Source: Callorhinchus milii (taxonomy: Eukaryota). From it: a stretch of 64,000 bases of DNA. Made by a program: the position numbers and the translations under genes. Where the stretch lies: the NCBI RefSeq assembly GCF_018977255.1, contig NW_024704742.1:94118001-94182000 (forward strand), written 5' to 3'. The notes below the pieces were generated by a model that was not told the origin of the DNA, did no database searches, and was given only the letters and a program-made list of their open reading frames with translations. Shown here piece after piece: positions 1 through 12,915 of this stretch (positions are counted from its first letter, which is position 1; each line of letters starts with the position of its first letter).

Positions 1-1334
1 AACAATACAGCAGCGAATATCACAGCAACTTTTACACTTCAATTCATCTAGGAAATGAATTCTTGCCATTTGATAATGGCAGGCATTATCAAACATGCTC
101 AAGATTTTATTTCATCTTATGTGTAAACTCCCAAAGAGAGAAAAAAAAGAGCATTAATTGCATGGCTGGAGGTGGGCCATTGCTGTGCACAAATTGGCTG
201 CTATGGACACACTGTTACTATGCTTTACAGTAAATCCTTGTGAAGCACTTGCCTGACCTCCCAATTTATTATTGTGGCTGAATGCAGTCTTAAGGCGTAT
301 TGTTTAACACAAGTCAGAAGCGACGACAAACACAATGTGTTACAAATCTTCTCTAAGCAATGTGCTTCGTGTCATCTGCGTTCAGCAGGAGTTGGCAATC
401 AGGGGAACAATTAATTAAAGAGGAACTCTTTGGCCATCAGTCCAGCGGACTAGCCTTCACTCATGCGCAGTGCCTCCCTCCTCTCACAAGTGCTTCACCA
501 GACATGCCTGCCCAAACAGAGGGGAGAAGCGAAGGAGAGTAACACATGCACAGTTGGTATTGTGATAGGTAACCACTTACAGTGTTTTCCTAGGGTTATA
601 GGATAAACAACAATTTTATTATATTTGTATCAGGATTTGTTTTGTTAAAACCAAAAATCGGAAGCCTTGAGTATAACCTGCGAAGCGCTTCGAGACATCC
701 TCCTGATGTGAAAGGCCTTGTATCAAATGCAAGGATTATTAGTGTATTGTCTCTATGATAGAATAAGCATCTCCCAGAACTCCACCAACACCACTCCAAG
801 TGCAGCTATTAGGAAGCATATCAAACCCAATGATTGCCTTCCGCTCAACATCTCAGGAACAAACTACAGTATATAATAAATATATTCACCAATTAGTTAT
901 CTTATTCCCTCTTGAATTTGATGACACAATCTACCATTCACTTACAAAATATATCCTTTAGGCTCTTAAAACACTTCAATAAATTTCACCTACTCCTCAG
1001 TGAATTACTATTACCAGTAAATAAAAATCCTTGCATTTGACATAAAGCTTTATGTTGCTGTGACATCTCAAAGCGCTTCACAAGATTTTACTGTGCGGTA
1101 TAGTGACTGTATTTGTAGACTACACTGCAACCAATTTCCACACAGCAAAGTCCCACAGTGGTGGCATAGTTGAGATCAAGAGGTCATTGTGTGGGGAAAT
1201 CACTGGCATACTCATTTCGTGATTCACGTGATTTCGTGATTAAGTCCATCATGTTGCTGGGTGAAGAAGATGGACACACCCTTGCAAAGAAAAAACATTC
1301 CATGTTTTATGTTGCCTGCAACCATTCAAACTTG

Positions 1335-2105
1335 TTGACAAATCTCCAGGACCTGATAGATTCCACCCCAGGGTATTAAAAGTAGGCGAGGAAATTGCAG
1401 ATGCGTTAGTCATAATTTTCCAAAGCTTGCTATATGTGGGAATTGTGCCCTTAGATTGGAGAATTGCAAATGTTACTCCATTATTTAAGAAGGGAGTGAG
1501 TGGGGAAGTTACTGGAATTTTCATCAGGGATAGAGTGATTGAACACTTGGACAAGTATGAGCTAATCAAAGAGTCAGCATGGATTTATGAACTGTAGGTC
1601 ATGTCTGACGAATCTAATTGAATTTTTTGAGGAGGTCATGAACATGTTGAATAAGAGGGTGTTTAGGATGTCATCAACATGGACTTCCAAAAGACATTTG
1701 ATAACGTTCCACACAAGAGGTTATTAGCAAAAATAAAAGCGCATGGAATTGGAGGTAACCTTGAAACGTGGCTTGGTAATTGGTTGAGAGGCAGGAAACA
1801 GAGAGTAGGGATAAAAGGAACATTCTCTGATTGGCAGGACATGACAAGTGGTAAACCTCAGGGGTCTGTACTGGGACCTCAGTATTTGACCATTATATAT
1901 ATTATATTATTATATTATATATAATATATATGTAAATGGCTTGGGTAAAGGAATAGTTTTATATCCAAATTTGCAGATGACACAATGTTAGGAGGTACAG
2001 TAAATTGTTTAGATGGGAGCAGGAAGATACAAGGAGACTTAGATAGATTAAGTAACTGGGCAAAACTGTGGCAGATGGACTTCAATGTGGGGTGAGGTCA
2101 TCCAC
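1335..2105 (+). mobile_element. CR1-clade LINE ORF2 (RT) fragment, decayed
   Basis: Translates across frameshifts to KSPGPD..HPRVLK, VTPLFKKG, MDFQKTFDNVPHKRLLAKIKAHGIGG, PQGSVLGP and KFADDT, which are CR1 RT motifs; AT microsatellite at ~1895-1930. Confidence 0.92.
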
Positions 2106-2110
2106 TATGG

Positions 2111-2247
2111 ATAATAATAATAATCCTTGCATTTGATATAGCGCTTTTCACGTCGGGAGGACGTACCAAAGCGCTTCACAGAACACACTGTAAAGTGAAT
2201 TGACTGTATATTTGTGGGCGAACGCGGCAGCCAATTGCACAGAGCAG
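2111..2247 (-). mobile_element. 3' tail fragment of the tRNA-headed, L2-tailed SINE
   Basis: (AAT)n CCTTGCATTTGATATAGCGCTTTTCACGTCGGGAGGACG, nearly identical to the tail of the copy at 31383. Confidence 0.85.
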
Positions 2248-2271
2248 CGTACATTAGCCGCAATGAAGAGA

Positions 2272-2337
2272 TTACATAAGCAGAGGAATTTCCTCTTCCT
2301 CCGCCATATACGCTCCTACTAAAATCTGGATGTTTTC
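2272..2337 (-). CDS. Candidate exon (ENIQILVGAYMAEEEEIPLLM* in phase 0), gene unassigned
   Basis: Acceptor ttcctctgtggttcag, unique sequence retaining CpGs; a second frame (GKHPDFSRSVYGGGRGNSSAY, donor gtaatc) is also open, so the frame is unresolved. Confidence 0.22.
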   Translation of the reverse strand, partial: ENIQILVGAYMAEEEEIPLLM

Positions 2338-2693
2338 CTGAACCACAGAGGAATTGCAAATGTTACTTGCTTTAAGCAACTCATAATGAATGTATGAACC
2401 AGTGCTTTCCATCAGTGTTAATATGTGAAGAACATAGCCTATTTTGATTGGTATTGATTCAATTATGGTTGAAGGCAGGTGGTTGAAACTGTGCTAGGCC
2501 ATTTATATGCAAAGCATACTCTCATATGCTTGAGGAGTTACAGCCAAAGATTCATTTTATAAAGATATGAAGGAGTATTGCTTGCTCAATGATTTTTGCA
2601 AGACTGAAGTCGATGCCTCTGACACTAGGGGTGCAGAGAGTCATCTGTGTGGTTCAGCATCAGTGATGCAGCACAGGTACCAGCCAGCACCAT

Positions 2694-3450
2694 AACAACA
2701 ACAGCAACAAGATTACATTTGTATAGCGCCTTTCACGTCAGGAGCACATCCCAAGGCGCTGGACAGTGTACAGTATTTCAGACCCGAGCTGGAGTCGGGG
2801 GGGGAGAAGGGAGGGGAGGGGGGTGACCGATGGCATGGTCGAAGAAGAGGGTTTTGAGGCAGGACTTGAAGGAGGCAAAGGAGAGGGCGAGGCGGAGTGA
2901 TTGGGGGATGGAGTTTCAGAGGTTGGGGGCAGAGTGGCTGAAGGCTCACTCACCAATGGTGGGGCAGGTGGGTCAGGGGACGTGGAGCAGGCCAGAGCCA
3001 GCTGAGCGGAGGGAGCGGGCGGGTTGGTAGGAGGTTAGGAGGTCACAGAGATAGGGTGGGGCGAGGCCATTGAGGGCTTTGTAGGTGAGGACCAGGATTT
3101 TGAACTGGATCCTCTGAAGGACAGGGAGCCAATGGAGTCGGGCGAGAATGGGGGAGATGGGGTCATGGAGTTTTGTGCGGGAGAGGGCACGGGCTGCAGA
3201 GTTCTGGATTATCTGCAGCCCTGTGGAGGGAGGAGTTGGGAAGGCCAACAAGCAGGGCGTTTGCATAGTCGAGCCTGGAGGTGATGAAGGCATGAACAAA
3301 AGTTTCAGCGGCCTGAAGGGTGAGGAAGTGGCGGAGTCGGGCGATGTTACGGAGGTGAGGGAAGGCAGAGCGGGTCATGGCTTGGATGTGGGGAAGAAAA
3401 GACAGTTGAGGGTCAAACAAGACACCTGGGTTCCTGACTGGCTTGGTGAG
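2694..3450 (-). mobile_element. L2 LINE 3' fragment
   Basis: HAFITSRLDYANALL, LQIIQNSAAR and LARLHWLPVLQRIQFKILVLTYKAL (L2 ORF2 C-terminus); (TTG)n tail. Confidence 0.93.
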
Positions 3451-3724
3451 TTTATATTTAACATTTAATAGGACTAATTTTGGTCATTATCTAGAATTAA
3501 TCCAGTGGAGTAAGTTGTCAGTCAAAATAATAAATCAACAGACTGCAGAACCAACAAATCAAAATCAGAGTTGGAGTTGATTATTTTCAAACTAAATCTT
3601 TAAAACAGGCAGAAACTGTGAGGAAAGGACCAACACATAACCATTGCTGGTGTGCTAAACAGCAAAATGATCATCGACAACAGGAGAAAAAGACCTGTAC
3701 AAACATCCAGGCTGGACTGATTAA

Positions 3725-4052
3725 GATCGCTCCACCCTATCTCTGCAACCTCCTTCACCCTAACCAACCTGGCCATTCCCTTCGCTCAACTGACACTGGC
3801 TACTCCATGTCTCCTACTCTATCCAGCCCAGCATCACCACCATCACCATCAACCACTTGGTGCCCGCTCTCTGGAACGCCATTCCCAGATCCTTCTGACT
3901 TGCTTCCTCCCTTCCCTCTTGAAACATACCACTTTGTCTGCGCTTTCAGGCATCTTTTCCCTCCCCACCGTCACTCGAGTGCCTGGCCAGAATTGGCAAG
4001 CATTTCCTCCCGAGGTGAAAGGTGATATCTAAATGTAAACTGTATTATAATG
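3725..4052 (+). mobile_element. Old L2 3' fragment
   Basis: APPYLCNLL..SLRS remnant and a degraded L2 tail. Confidence 0.7.
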
Positions 4053-4569
4053 TAAGATAGTAAACCTTTATATAATTAGGGCACTGTCCCATTAGTATTT
4101 CCTCTGCTGGGTGGCAGCCCAGTTGTCTGCACACAGAAGAGGAAAAATGTTGAGAAAGAACATTACGAACAATGAGCAGGTGGTCTATTGCGAAACATAT
4201 ACACTGTGAGGCAGAAATTCCAGTGCCTAACCTATAATTTGGAGTGTGAAGAAATCAGAGTATAGTATTCTTTTCATCGTCATAGCTATTTCCACAGATC
4301 TGCTGAAACACACCTTCAAAACAGAAAATAATAGAGGGTCGCTTTTAAACCTCAGTGTTGAATACTCCTGATTAAGTGTTAATGTGTTTTGAAATTGACA
4401 TTGAAATTCTAACTGTGGATTCTCTCCTAAAATAGAATGGGCTTTGTTTCATGAATAAGGCACTAAGTTAAATAAGTAGTGTGAGCAGAATCCATGAACT
4501 GGAAATACACAAAACTTCATCCTTTCTAAATAATCAAAAGCATCCTTGTATTTCCTGTACCTACAGCAG

Positions 4570-5520
4570 TTTGTCAGCCTGGTTCAATTAGTAACACTCT
4601 CACTTCTCAATTAGAAGGTTGTGGGATCAAACCTCAACTTATGACTTTGAACTCAGAGACTAGGCTGACACGCAACAACAACAAACAACAACTTGCATTT
4701 ATATAGTGCCCTTCACACAAGGTAGCTTCTCGGAGCGCTTACCCGGGGCACAAGTTGATGATGAGGCAGGGAGAGAGGGGAAGCATGGTTGAAGAGGACA
4801 GCCTTCAGACACTATCTGAAGTTGTGCAAAGAGGGGACAAGGTGGAAGAATTCAGGCAAGGAGTTCCCTAACTTGGGGCGGAGTGACTGAAGACATGGAG
4901 GACAGGTCGAGGGATGTGCAGGAGGCCTGAGGCACCTGAGCGAACGGATGGGTAGAGGAGTGAGTTGCAAGCAGTTTGGGGATCTAGGGTGGTGCCAGGA
5001 CATGAATTGCTTTGGATATGATTGCCAGAACCTTGAAATAGATCTGTTCTCCAATAGGAAGCCAGTGGACCCTGCAAGAACTGGGCTGAGAGGTGTGCAG
5101 AGTTTGATGCTGGTGAGGATACAGGTGGCGGAATTTTGAATTAATTGGATTTTATGAATGGTAGAGCTGGGGAGACCGGTGTTGAGACCATTGAGGAAGG
5201 CATTGGAAAAATTGAAGTGGGTGTTGATGTATGTATGGATTGAGATTTCACCTGTAATGCACTGCTGGGGTAGTTTACAATATTAAACCAGGTTAAAGAT
5301 CCCACAACACTAGTTGAAAAGTGAAGGGAGTTTCTAGTGTCCTTGCCAACAATTCTTCCGGTAGACTGATTAAACATTTCCTGGCTGTTTCAGAGACTTT
5401 ACCATGTGAAAAACTGGCCATTGTGTTCTCCAACAAAGTCACTACACTTTGCAGCATTATCTGTGAAGCACTTTGAGACATTTTGCCATTACAGGTGCTA
5501 AACCAAATTCAAGGATTATT
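4570..5520 (+). mobile_element. Deu-domain SINE split by an antisense L2 fragment (~4673-5250)
   Basis: Degenerate tRNA head at 4570-4670 ending taggctgacac; L2 (AAC)n tail and ORF2 remnant; SINE body resumes (ttaaagatccc...gggagtttc...gccaac) and ends aaggattatt. Confidence 0.65.
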
Positions 5521-5586
5521 TGCAACAATAATTTGCAAGTCTATAGTAACTTTCATGTAGTATGAATATCTCAAAGTTCTTACACA

Positions 5587-6335
5587 GCAACCAACAACAA
5601 CAAAATGACATTTGTATAACGCCTTTCACGTCGGGAGGACGTACCAAGGCGCTGGAAAGTCAGTGTTTCGAACCCGAGCTGGGGGTCGGGATCGGGGAGG
5701 GTGGAAGGCGGGGGAGAAGCAGGGTGATCAAAAGCACGGTTGAAGAGGAGGGTCTTGAGATGGTTCTTGAAGGAGGCAAGGGAGGGCGCGAGGCGGAGGG
5801 ACTGCAGGATGGAGTTCCAGAGGGTGGGGGCAGAATGGCAGGTCTGCCCACCAATGGTGGGGCGGGCGTGGCGAGAACGTGAAGCAGGCTGGAGCCCACT
5901 GAGCAGAGGGAACGGGCAGGATGGTAAGGGGTTAGGAAGTCGCAGAATTAAGTGGGGAATAAGACCATGGAGGGATTTGAAGGTGAGGACTAGGATCTTG
6001 AACTGTGTCCTCTGTGTGATGGGAAGCCAGTGGAGTCGGGCGAGGATAAGGGTGACAAAGTCATGGAGCCTAGTGCGGGAGAGGACATGGGCTGCAGAGT
6101 TCTGGATAATCTGCAGCCTATGAAGGGAGGAGTTGGGGAGGCCGACAAGCAAGAAGTTTGCACAGTCAAGCCTCGATGTTATGAAAGCATGTATGAGGGT
6201 TTCGGTGGCATGCGGTGTCAGTGGGGGAGTCGGGCAATGTTGCGGAGGTGGGGGAAGACACAGCAGGTCATGGCACAGATGTGGGGTAGAAGGATAGGTG
6301 AGGGTCAAACAAGACGCCAAGGTTCCGAACTAGCT
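5587..6335 (-). mobile_element. L2 LINE 3' fragment
   Basis: ORF 5580-6320 contains ETLIHAFITSRLD, LQIIQNSAA and LHWLPITQRTQFKIL; (TTG)n tail. Confidence 0.93.
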
Positions 6336-7529
6336 TTGGGTTCTTTAAATCTCTACAGCTGGGCACTGAATAGTGGAAAACAGTCTCTTCACTGATACGT
6401 AAAACAGTGGCCAAATCTTTACAAATAATTCTCCAGTCGTGACTAAAGCCTCTTTGAGCCAGTTGCTGCAGTTGTAGTCCCACTCACACTGCTTTGGATC
6501 AGGGAAACCAGAGCTTAAACACACATGCTTAAAACATATTATTTGCTAGCGCCCAAAATGTTAGAAAGATTTCTAACACAGGCATCTAGTAGCATAATAG
6601 GTTCTTTTCTCTCATTACATAAACAAAAACAAGTTCTACTGACGGATCAGTCTGTAGAAACTACTGCCAGGAATAAAAATAACGCAGACCAGAAGCTCTG
6701 GTTCCAAACTCAGTCTAGCTGGACTCAGCCGAGCAGGACTGCTATAATTGACAGCAATGCCACAAGAGTCAGCCATTTCAGAAGAGGAATGGGGAAGTGG
6801 GGGCAATTGAAGGATTTGTTTTTAAACCTCAACTTTAGAGTTGACTACGTATTGTTTGCAGAATCTAGAGTGTTTGAGAGCAGATTGAATGGGCAGCTGT
6901 GGTTAGACTACCTGCCTGCATCCTGTCAAATCAAACAAAGCACAATTTAGTTACTATTTACTTCAATACAAAGATGGAACTCTGCTCACTGGCCTTCGAA
7001 CAACAAAGAAGTTCGTTTTGACAAAACACACCAGCTCTTTCTAGCATTAATATTTAAAGATTGTACTTAAATACTTAAAATACTTAAAGCTTGGCTAACT
7101 GAGTACAGTACTTTTAGCTTTTTTTTAAAAGTGGGCCTAGTACAATGAAGCGAGTGCATAGCAATAGAAATGGAAAACCTCCTCTTCAAGGGGGGGTCTC
7201 ACCACTGACAGTAAACTGTCAATTCTTCAGAAAACAGCAATCTTACACTGCATTGTTTCAGCAAAAGATCAAGCCATAGCAACTTCAAACATTCAGTGTA
7301 AATGGGGGATAAAATTATGAGAGTTGGGCATTATCAACACCACATAAAACTTGTAATAAATACCAGACAATACCGTTGGAACACAGCTTTTTGTCTAAAT
7401 TATTTTTATGTTCCAACAAAAGTAGCAGCAAATGAATTTCTGTTGTTCATTTTAACAACCTTTTCGGCTGAAAGCAGTCACCCAATTTGTGTAAATGTAG
7501 GACCATTTTTGCACCAAATTATAACAAGA

Positions 7530-9100
7530 AACAACAACTTGCATTGATATAGCACCCTCTGACAGCGGTAGCGTAGAGGATAGAGGTGGGGGAAGGCAGA
7601 GCGGTTCATGGCACAGATGTGGGGTAGAAAGGATAGTTGAGGGTCAAACAAGACCCCAAGGTTCCGGACTGGCTTAGTAAGGTGGAGTGTGCAACCATGG
7701 ATGGTGATGCTGTCAGCGCCTGAGATGTGGAGGTGCTGACAGGAGTCAATCGGGAGAGCCTCAGACCTTGTTGACGTTCAACTGTAGAAAGTTAGCTCTC
7801 ATTCAGGACTTGATGTCTGACAGACATTCTGTCAGGACAGCAGTCGTCCTAGAGTCGAGGGTGGAGGCAGAGAGATGGAATCGGGTGTCATCCGGATACA
7901 TGGAAATTGACCCCATATCTCTGAATGATGTCACCAAGAGGGAGCATATAGATATTGAAGAAGAGGGGACCAAGGACAGAGTCCTGCAGAACTCTGCACG
8001 AGACAGTGAGGGGGCTAGAGGAGAAACCATTTGTGGAGATGAAGTGGAGCTGGTGTGAGAGGTATGATCTGAACCATTCAAGGACAGAACCATGAAGGTT
8101 GAGGCGAGAGGAAAGGTGGTGCATGAGGATAGAGTTGTCAACTGTATGGAAGGCAGCAGAGAGGTCAAGGAGGACGAGGAGGCAGAGGTAGTCCTGGTCG
8201 CAGATGGACACAATGTCGTTTGTCACTTTGACGAAAGCTGTTTCTGTGCTGTGGGCGGAACGGGAAACCTAATTGATGAGTTCATAAAGGGAGTGTTGGG
8301 AAAGATAAGAGCAAAGCTGGGAAGCAACAACTCGTTCCAAGACCTTGGAAAGGAAAGAGAGGTTGGAGATGAAGTGGTAATTTGAGAGCAGGGATGGGTC
8401 CAGGGAGGGTTTTTAAGGGAAGGAGTGATGACAGCTATTTATAAAGGGATGGGCCAGTGGACAGGGAGAGACTTATAATGTCTGTGAGTAGGGGAGCAAG
8501 GAGGTGGAGCTGGGGGATAAGGAGAGAGTAGGGATGAGGTTGAGGGAGCAAGTGGTCGATTTGATATGGGTTGTGGTGGTGGTGAGAGATGACGGGGAGA
8601 CAGTTTCGAAGGTGTGCAGGGAGGGATGGGTAGGGGCCGGGGTGTGAGTGGGAGATGGGGAGGAGTTAGTGGTCGGAAGGGTAGGGGCAGCTGAGTGGAT
8701 CTCCTTGACTTTGGTATCGAGGAAGTCTTGCAGTTGACGCTGAGGAGAGGATGGGCGTGGCATGAGAGGGTGGGCGGAGGAGCCAGTTGGTGATGGAGAA
8801 GAGGAGCCTGGGATTGTCCTTGGCCTCCAAAATTGTCTTGGAGTAGAAGGACGATTTAGCAGAGGCGAGGGCGGAGCGTAAGATTTGACAAGGTCATGCC
8901 AGATCTGCCGATGGACTGTTAAATTGGATTTCAGCCAGTGCGTTCGGCGGCCTGCACCTGAGACTTAAGGGAGCGGAGGTGGCTGGTGTACCTGGGTGAC
9001 TTCCGTGAGTAGGAGATGATGCAGGAAATGAGGGGAGCAAGGGCTTCGAGAGTGGTGGAGAGGGAGTTGTAGAGGAGAGTGACTGAGGAATGTAGGTCAC
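7530..9100 (-). mobile_element. L2 LINE ORF2 fragment (RT core and upstream region) with an internal deletion near the 3' end
   Basis: LLVLLDLSAAFHTVD, WFRSYLS, SVLGPLFFNIYMLPLG and MYPDD (YADD-like); the tail at 7530-7570 joins directly to mid-ORF2. Confidence 0.9.
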
Positions 9101-9589
9101 TGAGAATTCGTATTCCAAATTAAGGAATATTCTTAAAATAGTTCCATACACATCTGCTAGTTTACAAATTTTAGAAATATTTCCAAACAAAAATAAAGCT
9201 CAGTGGTGGAGCCTCTGGATCAAGAGCAGCAACAGTTGCAGAGGATACAGGTCAGATGTTCCATGTTACTGACTTGCCAATTTCACTCATGTTACTTACT
9301 GCAGAGAAGCAAAAAGCAAGGGTCAAGTATGCCCTTAAAGGATGGAAATCTCTTCCTTTGGCTCTTTTTGCTCAGATTCAGAAATTAAAACAGCACATTA
9401 CCAATGATACTGTGGGATAGCCCAGTGGATGGTAGTGGTTCTTTCTTAATTTCTCATAGGTAAATCTGGACAATTAAGTGTTTACAGGCTATCTGACCAC
9501 AAAACTGGGAGGGTGTCCCTTGCAACTGAACCCATTTCTGTCCTCATTAGTGCAGAGAAATGCTACCAGATCTAGATTTGCTATATTAG

Positions 9590-9691
9590 CAGCCTTCATT
9601 TTGAAGCCTGTTTTCCATAAGTTCTTTTAAGAATTAAGTTCTTCAACAAGTTCTAAGAACTTATAGAAAACTGATTTCAAAGTTAAGGCTG
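9590..9691. repeat. Imperfect inverted repeat (37-bp arms), possible ancient MITE
   Basis: 9590-9626 matches the reverse complement of 9655-9691 at 31/37 positions. Confidence 0.6.
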
Positions 9692-10433
9692 AGTTCAATA
9701 ATTTGCCAAATTACTGGTGATCTAAGATGATACATAAATAGAGAAATCTAGATACAGATTGAATATCTACCCCCACAAGAGTCAAAACACATACATCCTG
9801 CCTGTTTGTGGGGCTCTGTTTGCCTGACATACAGTCACTTCACTTTTTGAGGCACTTGACATAACAGGCACGAAATTAAATGATTATTAGGTTCAGCTGA
9901 TGCTGGTGGATGCTGATCAGAAGCAGACTGACATTTTGCTTTACTAGCTCAGGGAACTGAGACTAATTGTAGTGACTGTAGCTGACATCAGATAATGTGG
10001 CACTAGTCAGGGATTAAACCTGGGATCTTCCCACTTTGTATGTCTCAGCGACTCACTGAGCTATCTGTGGAGATTAGTACATTTTGCTGCTACATATAAC
10101 CAGAACAAAACAAGCATTGTTGTTTCACAATAATCATGACTTGTTACAAAGGCCTGTTTTATCTGATTACCACTTGCCCAAATTGTTTGGTAATCTGAAC
10201 TGGATGAACTACATTGCATTTTGTGCAAGTATAATTATTTGTCATTCAATATATCCCTTTCCCTGCTCTGTTAATACTTGTTTAATGCGGGACAATAATG
10301 ACATTAATACTGTATGAATTATCCTAATCATTCATTGATCCAAACAAGAGGTGTTTCCAAAACAATTTGGATGAAAATGAAGGTGTGTGACTTTCTTGAA
10401 ACACTTAATTCAAACTCATATACTGGAGATATG

Positions 10434-10788
10434 GTCTGCTCCACGTCCCCCGCCCAATCGCCCTACCATTGGTGGTCGGGCCTTCAGCCTCTCAGCCCCG
10501 AGGCTCTGGAACTCTATCCCCCAGTGCCTTCGCTGCCTCCTCCCTCTCCTCCTTCAAGGCCGGTCTCAAAACCTTTCTCTTTGACCGAGCCTTCAGCTCC
10601 CCTCTCGACTCTCTTCCCCCTTCTCGCTCCCTCCCATCCTTCCCCTCACCCTGACCATTTCCCCCCTCCTCGCTCCCTCCCCCTGACCATTTCCCCCCTG
10701 CTCGGGTCATGACCCAACTGTGCAGCGCCTTGGGACGTCCTCCTGACGTGAAAGGCGCTTTATAAATGGAATCTTGTTGTTGTTGTTG
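10434..10788 (+). mobile_element. L2 3' end (younger subfamily)
   Basis: GGRAFSLSAPRLWNS and SFKAGLKTFLF; tail gcgccttgggacgtcctcctgacgtgaaaggcgct...(GTT)n. Confidence 0.9.
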
Positions 10789-12484
10789 AGATAAAAATAC
10801 AGAAGTGTTTACAAAGTCTTCAAGGAGATCGATTTCTGAAGATAAATCAATGCACAACACAACTATCTGTGGAACCCTGCTTCAACACACTCCATATCAG
10901 CATTGCACTCCTTCGGATCAGTATTTATGAAACCATTCTGAATCCTTTAGCCAAGTCCACTTTTTGACCATAATGTCTGATCATTGAAATGGTTAGTCCC
11001 TCTCCACATAATCTATTTCATCAAGGACTTTATCTGCACTAAGGAATACTTAGCAAAACTTGCTCAGTGGCAGTGTTTGAGAAATTAATTTCTCTGACAC
11101 AAAAGTCAGCCTGAAATGCTTTCTGCATCTTGTTCTTTCCTACTTGTGACAGATTACTATTGTTCAGTCAATTCAAATGAGAGTTTATCTGCTCCCAATT
11201 TAAACCCATTTTACTCTCTGAATATGAAAATGTGACTCACAGACCAGAAGAGAATACAGTGAAAGAATATCTTAAGAGTGTTGGTCCTTAAATAACTCTG
11301 AATTATAATATGAAATTGATGAAGCTTGAAATCACTCAAGGTTCAGGAAAGTAATTTGTTTTTCTTAAAAAGAACACTTTAATCTGTTAACTTGGAGGAC
11401 GACAGCAACATTTTGGGGGTTTTAAATAAGATTATGATCTACATTTTTCTGAGATTGCATTTTAAATGGAGATACTTTCCAGATGTTTTTCAGTCTATTC
11501 TTATTTTTGTGTTTTGTCCTAAAATCTCTTGGTACATTTTTCTCACACGACAGAAAAGTCATTTGTCTGCACAACAGTGCCCCAAATACTTCTAATCATT
11601 TCCAACTATCCACTTTGTTGGAGTTTTCTGTTTGTAAGAACATTCAAACTTTAGAACAACTACTATACGTTGGGTTATAACCTTATTCGGCACCTGAACT
11701 ATTAAATGTCAAAATCTGAGATCTACAATAGTGTACACTGGCCCTGCACACTGGCTGTCTCCAACTAGAGTGAGTCATACCAGTCAATGAGGTACAAACT
11801 TAAAGCTAGCTACAAAAAAAATCATGCTTCCCGGATAACTTTTTCCCCAGCTGAATAAAAAAAATGGCATGCTGCAGCTGTCATTGCAATGCCTCATGTG
11901 CAATTTAGCCAAAGAGACCAGGCACACAGGTTTTCTTCACAAGACCAGTTTGGATGAAGAAAGCCCTTCCTGGGCTCAACCACTACTTTCAGCAATGGTT
12001 CCAGTCATTAATTACCCTCTGGGTGAAGCAAAACTTGCAGGTTTCTAGCTTGAAATTACCGTTGTCAATTCTACAACTCTAAACCTGTGTTGTCTTGTTC
12101 TACTTGGTACAGTTGAGGTGATGGTAAGGGTACTACAACTCTCCGGGTTGGTGGAGGAGAGTGCATTGCTATAAATCAACTGCTCTAGATTGCTATCCAG
12201 TGCCTTCTACTGTGGAGTACTTGGGTATGGCCATTTCAGGGCAGGATCTGCCTCCATTGTGATACTATTGAGATAAGCCCTTCATATCCCTCGTCAGTCA
12301 TGTATTTGATTTTGACAATTTCAATTCAATAAATTCAGTTAAAAAGAAAACATTTAACAATGGTGTTTAATCTGCCAATCAGTAGTTGTCTGGTTATATT
12401 ATTGAACAATAAATTGAATGCATCAAGAAATATGAAATGAGAGAGAGACAGATGTGGCCTTGTAGAAGGCATCGATCAAACTTT

Positions 12485-12915
12485 GGTGTCAGCCTGGCTC
12501 AGAGGTGAGGTAGCAATCTCACCCAAGTCAGAAGGGTTTGTAGGCTCAAGCACACTTTGGGTCTTTAAACTCACAAAATCTAAGGTGACCCTCGAATGCA
12601 GTGATGTGTGCTCCATTGCTGTAGATGCCATCCTTCAAGTGAGAGGTTAAATCAAGGTCCTGTCTGCCTGTTTAGATGGATGTTTAAGAGCCTATGGAAC
12701 TATTCAAAAAAAAGAGTTTTCCACTGCATAGAGTATTTTTCCCTATGTCCTGGCCAACAATCCCCAAATACAATTGGACATCTACTTCACAGCTGTTTGT
12801 TGGACATTGCTGTACGCAAATTGGCTGTTGTGTTTACCCACAAAACACAGTTGTTTTACAATGAGGTTGCTTCTGGTTATGAAAGCTGCTATATCAAATG
12901 CAATGATTATTTTTA
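12485..12915 (+). mobile_element. Deu-domain SINE (SacSINE1-like)
   Basis: tRNA-like head; Deu-like core (tgccatccttcaagtgagaggttaaatcaaggtcctgtctgcctgtttagatggatg); L2-type tail. Confidence 0.7.

Noticed and set aside
6370..6495. Peptides DWRIICKDLATVLRISEE and CEWDYNC resembling a death domain or SPC24
   Set aside because: No convincing splice sites, and the matches are too short
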